Of a stretch of 64,000 nt of DNA, positions 41,324-49,361 are shown piece after piece. The translations under genes were made by a program, and so were the position numbers. The notes under the pieces are model-generated. The model was given only the letters and a program-made list of their open reading frames with translations, did no database searches and had not been told where the DNA came from. Where the stretch lies: contig JBBDYJ010000038.1 of NCBI GenBank assembly GCA_040901675.1, positions 32,001 through 96,000 of the forward strand. The letters are read 5' to 3'. Numbering within the stretch: position 1 is the stretch's first letter; every line of letters starts with the position of its first letter. This DNA is from Pirellulales bacterium (GTDB lineage Bacteria > Planctomycetota > Planctomycetia > Pirellulales > JAICIG01).

Positions 41324-42514
41324 ATGACTCGGGCGCAAACAACCGCGAATTCATCGCGTCGAGCGGCGCGATGGGCCGGCGGATTGTTGCGGGTGATCGC
41401 GGTCGCGGCCTTGGTTTGGACCGCGTTGTATTGGCACGCCCTTGATCCCACGTACTTGGCGCAAAATGTCCCAGGGCGCCGCGCGCCGCCGAGGCAGACA
41501 TTCGATCTCGAACGGCTGCTCTTGCCTCGGGAGCGGGTTCTGTCGGGAGGCGTGCCCAAAGACGGCATCCCCGCGCTCACCAACCCGCCGCTCGTGCCCG
41601 CCGCCCAGGCCGAGTACCTCCAACCTGGCGACCGGGTGATCGGAGTGGTCATCCAGGGCGAGGCGCGGGCCTACCCGGTCATGGTTCTCACGCGGCACGA
41701 AGTGGTCAATGAGCGGGTGGGCGGCATGCCCGTCGCGGTCACCTATTGCCCGCTGTGCGATTCAGTGGCCCTCTTCGACCGGCGCACCGAGCTCGGCGAG
41801 CGCGAGTTCGGCGTCTCCGGCCTGCTCTACAACAGCAACGTGTTGATCTACGACCGCGGCGGCAAGTCGGAGGGCCTCTGGTCTCAGTTGCTGGCCGGCG
41901 GTGTCTCGGGTCCCGGCTCCGGCACGCCGCTCAAACCGCTTCCCGTGGAGTTGACCACGTGGGCGGATTGGACCGAGCGCTATCCGGAAACCAAGACGCT
42001 TGCGGCCAGCGACGCCGAAGGACGCGCCTTTCGCAACAATCCGTATCGCCGCTACCTTGCCAGTCCGGACCTGATGTTTCCCGTGCAGCCGATCGACAAG
42101 CGTTTGCCCCTGAAGGAGAGGGTGCTGGGCGTTTGGACCGGGAAGGCGGCCCGGGCCTACCCGGTGTCGGCACTGGCCAAACTGCGGGAGCCGTTGTCCC
42201 AGGAGATCGACGGGCGCAAGTTCACGCTGGTCTACAACCCGAAGGCGCAAAGCGTGCGCATGAGCGATGCCGACGAGGGCCTGCATTGGATGTACTCGTT
42301 CTGGTTTGGCTGGTTCGCGTTCCACCCCGACACGGAACTGTTCACGGCGCGGGACGCGGCGGGCACACCGCGCCGGCCAAAAACTTCCAGCCGGGCGACT
42401 CCGGAGGCACGAAATCCCGTCAAGCAGCGCCGCGCCGGCTTCGCGCCAGCCGACGGGGACCGGCCTCCGGCTTCGACGGTTTCGTCAATTCGCTGGGCGA
42501 AGCACTTTCTGTGA
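41324..42514 (+). CDS. DUF3179 family protein
   Basis: SGGVPKDGIPAL, ARAYP...HEVVN, VTYCPLC, FGVSGLLYNSN..YDR, FWFGW.AFHP. Confidence 0.9.
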   Translation: MTRAQTTANSSRRAARWAGGLLRVIAVAALVWTALYWHALDPTYLAQNVPGRRAPPRQTFDLERLLLPRERVLSGGVPKDGIPALTNPPLVPAAQAEYLQPGDRVIGVVIQGEARAYPVMVLTRHEVVNERVGGMPVAVTYCPLCDSVALFDRRTELGEREFGVSGLLYNSNVLIYDRGGKSEGLWSQLLAGGVSGPGSGTPLKPLPVELTTWADWTERYPETKTLAASDAEGRAFRNNPYRRYLASPDLMFPVQPIDKRLPLKERVLGVWTGKAARAYPVSALAKLREPLSQEIDGRKFTLVYNPKAQSVRMSDADEGLHWMYSFWFGWFAFHPDTELFTARDAAGTPRRPKTSSRATPEARNPVKQRRAGFAPADGDRPPASTVSSIRWAKHFL

Positions 42515-42525
42515 GATAGGGCACA
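42510..42525. promoter_or_regulatory. CRP-type box TGTGA-GATAGG-GCACA
   Basis: 9/10 match, about 135 bp upstream of 42661. Confidence 0.6.
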
Positions 42526-42660
42526 GTTTGAGCACCGGGTTCGATGTAGCATCATTCGTGTCATCCTTGCCAAAGGGTCAGCGGATGGCATGGATTTGAG
42601 CCCTGCAGCGTTGGCTCGTTTCGGATTGCCGACAGTTTAAAGAAAGGAGACCGCTTCATC

Positions 42661-44292
42661 ATGAGAGTTTTGACAAGCTTCGGCCTGGCGGCGGCCCTGT
42701 GGGCCGGCGCGTCGGCCGCAAGCGCCGGAGAACTGAAGAGCGGCCTGCAGTCCGGCGATTCAGTGGGCGCCTTCGATGTAGTCAAGATCGCCGGCGCGGC
42801 CGACGACGGCGTGCAGGTGGGCAAAAAGCTCTGCTATCGGTGAATGTACGGTGGCAGACCCGTCGTCATGGTTTTCACCCGGAAAACCGACGCGGCCTTG
42901 GCCAGTTTGGTCAAGCAACTCGACAAGTTGGTGGCGAAGCACGAAGAGCAGCAACTGCGGGTGTTCGTCAACCTGATTGGTGAAGACAGGGAGGCCTTGG
43001 AGGCGGAGGCAAAAAAGTTCGGCGCGAAGCACAAGGTCGCCAACGTGCCGATCGTGGTCCCGGTGGAGCACGAAAACGGCCCCGACAACTTCGGCATCAA
43101 TCCGGATGCCGCGGTGACCGTCACGCTCTACAGCGGGCTCAAGGTCAACTCCAGCCATGCCTTCGACAAGTTCAAGAAGGACGACGCCAAAACGGTCCTG
43201 GCGGACGTGCCCGCGCTACTGGAGGAGTCCGCTGCCGCCTCCGACGAGGCCCAGACGGACGAGGCGAACTTTCACGCCTCTGATCACTACGGGCGTCTTG
43301 ACTTCTCGCCCGACGGAGCGCGGTTGGCCGTGGGCGGACCAACCGGGCAGATTCACGTTTGGAATCTGAAGGAGAAGAAATTCGTCCGCGTCCTACGGCG
43401 CAGCGACGAACGGATGCTGGAAGACGTCGCGTGGAATCCGCAGGGCACCAGGCTGGCCGCTGTGGACATTTGGGGCCGTCTGTCGATCCACGACGCCGCC
43501 AGCGGGAAAGAGCTGCATTTCCTCTCGGCACGACGTCGAGAAGAGGCGATCGGCAGCAAGGAGAGGCTCGTCGCGAGTCTCGCTTGGAATCTTGCCGGCG
43601 ATTCAATGGTCCTGACTACAGCGAACGGATTTGCCGTCTGGAACCCGGACGTTCCTGCGGAATCCGAGGCGGCGGTGCCGGACACGGACGACGACCGCTT
43701 CTCCGCCTGGCACGGCACAATCAGCGCCGACGGACGGCGGCTGGCGCAAGTCGACGAGTACGGCAAGTTCCGGGTGTGGAATTTGCACACGGGCGAAATC
43801 GCCCTGCGGTCTGCGGATTTCAAGGGATGCCAGGTCTATGTCGCGTGGAGTCCCGACGATCGGCGGATCGCCCTGAGCAGCAACTCGACACTCCGCATCG
43901 TGGATGCTCGGACGGGAGCTATCGTACGCGACGTCGAAACACCCCAACAGTCCTCGATTGTCGCTTGGAGTCCAGACAGCAAGATCCTGGCGGTGGCCCA
44001 GGGCTGGCTCAACCGATGGAGCAGTTCCGACCGCCCCAATAAGGCGATCTCGCTTGTCAATTCGGAGGACGGAACCATCCGTCACAGGCTCAACTCGGGA
44101 TTGATGAACATCGAGGCCCTGGCATGGAGCACGGACGGCAAGACCCTTGCCTCGACTGGCTCCTCCAAGGTGTGGAGGCTCGACCGGAACGGCGATCCGC
44201 AGGTCGTCGCGAATCCGGAGATGCCGGTCTCCCTGTGGGATGCAGAGAACGGCAGGCTGTTCTATCAAATCACTCCGGCCGAAGAACCGTAA
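42661..44292 (+). CDS. Putative secreted selenoprotein: thioredoxin-like domain with C-Y-R-U (TGA 42841-42843) fused to WD40 repeats
   Basis: AAGGAG RBS and signal peptide; GKKLCYR-TGA-MYGGRPVVMVFTR continuous in frame; hairpin GGTGGCAGACC/GGTTTTCACC after TGA; WSPD-type repeats. Confidence 0.8.
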
Positions 44293-44359
44293 GAGGTCCT
44301 TGCGGTCATTGGAGATCACCACACTATGGCCTAACCAGTCTCCCCGTGGAGCACGAAAG

Positions 44360-44680
44360 ATGAACCAGTCACTTCGCGCAATCACCGCGTTGCTGCTTCT
44401 TTCCGCACTTGCGGCTGCTTGGGCCGATGAGGCTAAGCCACAGAAGAGCGACAAACCCGTCGAAGTCACGTCTGTTGACCACGCGCAATCGCTTGCATGT
44501 CCACCGACGTCGGTGTATGTGGTGTACCGGTTTCAACTGCAGGAAGAGGACCAGTTCACCACGATCATGAAGACGCTCGCTCGCAATCCGCGGATTCGGC
44601 ATCTCAGGCTGCGCCTCCCCAATTCCTCGCACGTCAAGGAGGAAGCCCTTGACGTGCAAGTGAAATTCTCGTTCTTGTGA
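44360..44680 (+). CDS. Secreted hypothetical protein (possibly disrupted; frame stays open to 44854 after the TGA)
   Basis: Signal peptide MNQSLRAITALLLLSALAAAWA. Confidence 0.5.
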   Translation: MNQSLRAITALLLLSALAAAWADEAKPQKSDKPVEVTSVDHAQSLACPPTSVYVVYRFQLQEEDQFTTIMKTLARNPRIRHLRLRLPNSSHVKEEALDVQVKFSFL

Positions 44681-44993
44681 CGTAGCCCCTCCGAAGCCGC
44701 CTGTAGGGCGGCCCTGCCCGAAATGAAAAAGCTTGAATCCGCAACGTTTTCCGATGGCCGGGAATGGCGCACTGCCGATTGGGAAACCGCGCTCAACAAA
44801 TTCGCGAGCGAGCTGATAGCCAAACGGAAGCAGGACGCGAGAAAACTCGAATAACGATTCATACTTGGCATTCGGAACCTTCTTGCCAAGACTGGCGATT
44901 GGATTTGAACTCGTTAAGTAGCGAGTGCCGTTGACCTGCGGCGAATCAACCGTTCGGGCGGCAATAAACTGAGATCTGCTTGAATCGAGCGAC

Positions 44994-45340
44994 TTAGGAA
45001 CGGCCGAAAAATAACTTCCCCATTTTGCGACGGCGAGATAGGTTGAAAGGCGTTGGGGCAGCGAGGATAGCGCACGGAGGATTGGACAATGGGCTTGTAT
45101 TCGGCGGTGGTGGAGAGGCACATGAAGGCCCTCTATGGTTCCCTCTCGGAGAAGGATCGGCGGCGGTATGCGGCCGTTGAGGCGGAGAAATTGGGCCATG
45201 GTGGCGCGCAGTACGTGGCGGAGCTGTTTGAATGCGATCCGGACACGATACGCCACGGGCAACTGGACGTGGACGAGCTCCCGTTGGACGCGGCGGCTGG
45301 CCGGGTCCGAAAAAAGGGGGGGCCGAAAGAAAGCTAGCAT
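44994..45340 (+). mobile_element. ISAzo13-family IS remnant (left end and 5' transposase part, ORF 45089-45337)
   Basis: LSEKDRRRYAAVEAEKLGHGG...TIRHG..D...RVRKKGG; breaks off after the A6G6 run; no DDE domain. Confidence 0.75.
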
Positions 45341-45547
45341 CGCCCAACCTGGATGCGGCAATGCAAGGATGAATCTGTGAGCGGATCGGATTACGCGATT
45401 CTCAGCCGATAGTTGGGGTCACACCATTCCGGTTCGACCCGGTCCCTCCCGATCGCGAAGGTGCACTTGCCTGGTCGCTGCTGTTGGAGCGAGAAGGTCC
45501 CGGGCGGAATGCCACCGGCAGCTAGCTTGTCACCTCCTGGCCGACCC

Positions 45548-45931
45548 TTATGCCCCGGACTTGACTTCCGTGCCGCCGTAACCGGCCTTCTTGAGCGCAT
45601 CCAAGAGGGCCTGCTCGTCATATTGGTCCGACACCACGGTCACAACGGCTTGCTCCTTGGACAGATCGACCTCAGCCTTCCTTACCCACGGTAAGGATTC
45701 GAGTGCCTCGCGCACTCGCGGTGGTCAGCCGAACGGTCATGTCATGCCTGACACGGAAATGGCAACCTGACGCAAGTTAGCATCGAGCACCGCCGGCGCA
45801 TCCTCCCGGTCGCCTCCTGATGCACCGGAAGGGTTGGGCCATTGATTCTGCTGGCATCCGGCGATCGCCACCCACGCACCGATCAACACCAACCCGGTCC
45901 TTGCCTTACGTGCAGGCGTCAACATGGACAT
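45548..45931 (-). CDS. Putative two-selenocysteine heavy-metal-associated (HMA, MerP/CopZ-like) lipoprotein, GMT-U-PFG-U
   Basis: IAGC lipobox; VAISVSGMT-TGA(45739-45737)-PFG-TGA(45727-45725)-PPRVREALESLPWVRKAEVDLSKEQAVVTV...LLDALKKAGYGG; TAA at 45550-45548; hairpin CGAGTGC-GCGAG-GCACTCG. Confidence 0.85.
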
Positions 45932-46016
45932 ACTCCTCGACAGGGGAACGGAACACGAGCTGCCACGCCGCTGCTTTGCCCGCCAGCGAGTTTACCACGA
46001 GTGGTCATTTAGCTTC

Positions 46017-46032
46017 AGTGAGCTAATTCACA
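46017..46032. promoter_or_regulatory. CRP-type box AGTGA-GCTAAT-TCACA
   Basis: 9/10 match, 86 bp upstream of the HMA gene start. Confidence 0.65.
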
Positions 46033-46076
46033 ATTTCGCTCAAACCGCAGGGACTGCAAACGATGCCCGGCGATCA

Positions 46077-47849
46077 TCAACCGCCGGCGCCGGCCGGACG
46101 GGCGGCCGGGGGCTCGCCGATGGCACGCAGCAAGCGGGCCTGGGCGCGATTGTAGTCGGACACGGCCCGCGTGTAGGCGTTCTGCGCCTCGGTACGGGCC
46201 CGGATGGCCTGCTGCAGCTCAATCGGCAAGCCTTCGCCCTGACGAATCCGCCCCAGGGTGAGACGCAGCGCCTCGCTGGCGGCCGCCACGTTTTCCAGGG
46301 CGATGTCGAACTGTTCCCGATAACTGCCGACGTCGGACGACGCGGTGACGATCTCGGCAGCCACGAGATCCCGCGCCAGGCTGGTCTCGAACCGCGCCTG
46401 GCGCATCTGGCTGGCACGCTGGCGGCGCAGCACGCCATTGCCAAAACCGAGGTTCCGCAACTCCCAGGCTGCAATCGCATCCAGGTCGCTGCGGCTTCCC
46501 TGGTTGTCGAATTGGCCGGAAGGACCTCCCCCAAAGCTCCCCGCGCTGGCACCCACCGCAAGGTGCGGCAGCCAGGGACGCCACCGTTCCTGGTCCAGGC
46601 GTTCCAATGCGGCCCGCACCAGCGCCTGCTGCTGGGCCAGCTCGGGCCGGCTGGTGAATCCTTGCGCCAACAGCGCCTCCAGCGGCATCTGCTCGTTGAC
46701 CAGCTCGATGGGCACGGCACGCTCCTCGGCCGGCACCAAGACCACCCCGGGCGCCAGCCGCAGGAGCCGCGCCAACTCGGCGCTGCGCGCCCGCACCTGC
46801 CGCAGGCTGTCCGCGGCCGCCTGCCGCCAGAACGCCAGTTCGGCGTTGGCGCGGTCGAACTCCGACCGCGCACCACGCCCCTCGCGGAAAAAACTGCCGG
46901 TGATCTCCGACATCTCCCGCGCCGCGGCCACACCCGATTCGGCGTTGGCCAGCAGGCCGTCCGCCTCGACCACGTCGAAATAGGCCGTGGCCACGGCCAA
47001 CAGCGTATCGTTGACGTCGGTGGTGCGGGCGGCCGCTTGTGCCCGCACCAGTTGCCTGGCGACCAGCGGTTCAAAAGCGGCGTCGGCCAGGGCCAGATCG
47101 ACAAAGAGCCGCGCCGGGCCGCCGGCGGCCCCGTTGAGAGGGCGCGTTCCCAGCCCGGCGCCGCCGCCCACGAACAGCGAGCTCCGCCCCGCTTCAATCA
47201 CCTCGCCTTCGGTCGCCTGCAGTCGGCCGTCGTGCTTGTTGTATCCCACGGCCGCCCGCAGCGAAGGTATCCATAGCAGCCGTGCCTGGTCCAGGTTTGC
47301 TTGGGCTTCGACCACGCGCTCGCGAGCCAGCCGGATTCGCAGGTTGTTCGCCCCCGCCAGGGCCAATGCGTTGGCCAGGTCGATCGGAAAGGTCTCGCCT
47401 TGGAAGGCCACCGCGGGTCTGGGCAGCGGCAGGCTCTCCGGAGTCGCCGTCCTGGCTTCCGCGCCAGGCATCGCTTCCGCGCCAGGCGTCCGCCGAGCCG
47501 AAGGCCGGTCGTCCGTCGGATCGTTGCCCGTCTGGGACTCGGCCACGCTCGGAGCGTCGAGAACGAATTGCACCCGGGCGGCAGAGTGGCTGCCGGCGGC
47601 CGGCCCATCTCCCCGGTCGCCGCCGGCCTGCACCACCGGTAACTCCGAGGCGGGCTCGGCGGCAGAGGCTTGCCTGGCCGGGTCGGCTTCGACCGGCTGC
47701 ATCCATGCTCGATCCAGCGGCAACGACGCTACGGGCCGGTCGGCCGTCACCGTGCGCGAATTCAGCGGCAACCCCGTCTGACATCCCACCACGGCCGCAC
47801 AAGACCCGACCCACCACGCGATTGAGCGGCGCCTCTTGATTGCATCCAT
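46077..47849 (-). CDS. TolC family outer membrane protein
   Basis: VVGC lipobox-like signal, IDL..AL.LA...N, two OEP-like helical repeats, YNRAQARL; follows RND and MFP genes. Confidence 0.88.
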   Translation of the reverse strand: MDAIKRRRSIAWWVGSCAAVVGCQTGLPLNSRTVTADRPVASLPLDRAWMQPVEADPARQASAAEPASELPVVQAGGDRGDGPAAGSHSAARVQFVLDAPSVAESQTGNDPTDDRPSARRTPGAEAMPGAEARTATPESLPLPRPAVAFQGETFPIDLANALALAGANNLRIRLARERVVEAQANLDQARLLWIPSLRAAVGYNKHDGRLQATEGEVIEAGRSSLFVGGGAGLGTRPLNGAAGGPARLFVDLALADAAFEPLVARQLVRAQAAARTTDVNDTLLAVATAYFDVVEADGLLANAESGVAAAREMSEITGSFFREGRGARSEFDRANAELAFWRQAAADSLRQVRARSAELARLLRLAPGVVLVPAEERAVPIELVNEQMPLEALLAQGFTSRPELAQQQALVRAALERLDQERWRPWLPHLAVGASAGSFGGGPSGQFDNQGSRSDLDAIAAWELRNLGFGNGVLRRQRASQMRQARFETSLARDLVAAEIVTASSDVGSYREQFDIALENVAAASEALRLTLGRIRQGEGLPIELQQAIRARTEAQNAYTRAVSDYNRAQARLLRAIGEPPAARPAGAGG

Positions 47850-47966
47850 GCGAATCGTTCCTGTCGTTGGTCGCTCAATCCGATCCAGCCGGCATCTTCC
47901 CTCTATCCGTTGTAATCGGAGGCGATAGTCAGCTTTGTTGAGGAACTTTCTTTAAAGCGCCTCTTC

Positions 47967-49301
47967 CTACTCGTCTTGTCCGCCGTTGGCCGAAGGTGAA
48001 AGGCGAACCTCGACCTTCTGCCCGTCGGTCAATCGTTCGCCGGCGCGGGCCACCACGGTTTCTCCAGGCTCGGCGCCGCTCGCCAGCCAGACCACGGTGT
48101 CCTTGCGCAGCACCGAAACAGGGCACCTGCGGACCCGGCCCTGCTCGACGATCATCACGCAATCGCCGCGGTCGTCTGAAACCAGGGCCGCCGCCGGAAC
48201 CGTCGGCGTGTCTCGCCGGGTGTCCAACGTCAACTCCACGTTTCCCAGCACGCCTGGCTCCAGTTTCCGCCTGCCGTAGGACCCGTCGACCGGATTGTCC
48301 AAATCGACTTCGGCCCGCATCTTTCGCGACCCTTCGTTGAAAGCCACCGCATACCGCGATATTCTCCCCTCGATCGGGTTGCCACTGGGCCCGCGAAACA
48401 CAACCGGATCACCCACGTTGAGCTTGCCTGCCGCGTCCATCGTGAGCCAGACCACCAGCCGCAGCTTGTTGTTACGGACCAGCGAGAAGAGCGGCTTGGC
48501 GCTGCCGGCGCTGGCCGGCCGCACAAACGTGCCCCGGTCGATCATGCGGCCGGTGACGACGCCGGCAAATGGCGCCCTGATGACGGTGAACGATTGCATG
48601 GCCTCGGCCTTCTCCCGTGCTGCTTCGGCCGTGCCGATGCGGGCCTCGGTGCTGAGGACATGGGCCTGGGCGGTGTCGACCTGGGCAGCCGCCCGCCGCA
48701 GCGAGGCCACGGATGACTCGAGGGCATAGCGGGCCTCGTCGCGCAATTGCCCCTTCAGGCTGCCGTCCTCGACCAGCGCGGTAATACGCTGGTATTCCGC
48801 CTGGCGCAGCCGCCTTTGCGCTTCGAACTCCTCGACGGTCGCCTTGGCTTCCTCGAATTCGGCTTTCTTACTCGCCAGGTCGGCCTGGGCCTGCTTGACC
48901 AAGGCCCGGCTCTCAGCAACCGCAGCGAGCAACTCGGGCGCGGCGACCGTGGCCAGCACATCCGACTCAGCGACCTCGTCGCCGATGTCCACGTTCACCT
49001 TGTCGATGTACCCCTCGACACGGCCCATCAATTGCACGGTCTCGTAACCGTCGACGTTGCCCGTCAGGTTCACGACCTCTCGCAAATCCGCCGACCGCAC
49101 CGTGGCCACCTCGACCAAGGCGGCCTGATCGGCGGCGGCGCCGGTTGCCGCTTCCGAGGCGGCATAGTCGCAGCCGGCCAGGCCGACCATGGTCAAGGCC
49201 GCCAGCCCGGCGATGGTCAAGGCCGCCAGCCCGATCAGCAAGGGCAAGAAGGCCCTCGCCGAAACGGCCGCGGCGCCGGGTGTGATGAGGTTCTTTTGCA
49301 T
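47967..49301 (-). CDS. RND efflux periplasmic adaptor (MFP)
   Basis: RVEGYIDKVNVDIGDEV, coiled coil, IRAPFAGVVTGR. Confidence 0.92.
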   Translation of the reverse strand: MQKNLITPGAAAVSARAFLPLLIGLAALTIAGLAALTMVGLAGCDYAASEAATGAAADQAALVEVATVRSADLREVVNLTGNVDGYETVQLMGRVEGYIDKVNVDIGDEVAESDVLATVAAPELLAAVAESRALVKQAQADLASKKAEFEEAKATVEEFEAQRRLRQAEYQRITALVEDGSLKGQLRDEARYALESSVASLRRAAAQVDTAQAHVLSTEARIGTAEAAREKAEAMQSFTVIRAPFAGVVTGRMIDRGTFVRPASAGSAKPLFSLVRNNKLRLVVWLTMDAAGKLNVGDPVVFRGPSGNPIEGRISRYAVAFNEGSRKMRAEVDLDNPVDGSYGRRKLEPGVLGNVELTLDTRRDTPTVPAAALVSDDRGDCVMIVEQGRVRRCPVSVLRKDTVVWLASGAEPGETVVARAGERLTDGQKVEVRLSPSANGGQDE

Positions 49302-49361
49302 CGGTCGGCTCCATCATTTGTTGGCAAAGTTGCAAAGTTGTGCACGCCCGGCAATGTCGCC

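Noticed and set aside
36455..42514. Sec read-through at the TGA stops of the Crp/Fnr and DUF3179 genes
   Set aside because: Both domains are already complete and there is no Cys-motif context; these TGAs fall within CRP-type boxes.
36546..45931. Alternative genetic code (TGA = Trp/Gly) or plain pseudogenisation as the cause of the in-frame TGAs
   Set aside because: Many conserved genes here terminate at TGA (for example glmS), and all four internal TGAs sit at Cys-motif positions with downstream hairpins. Sec fits better, although it is unproven without sel genes.
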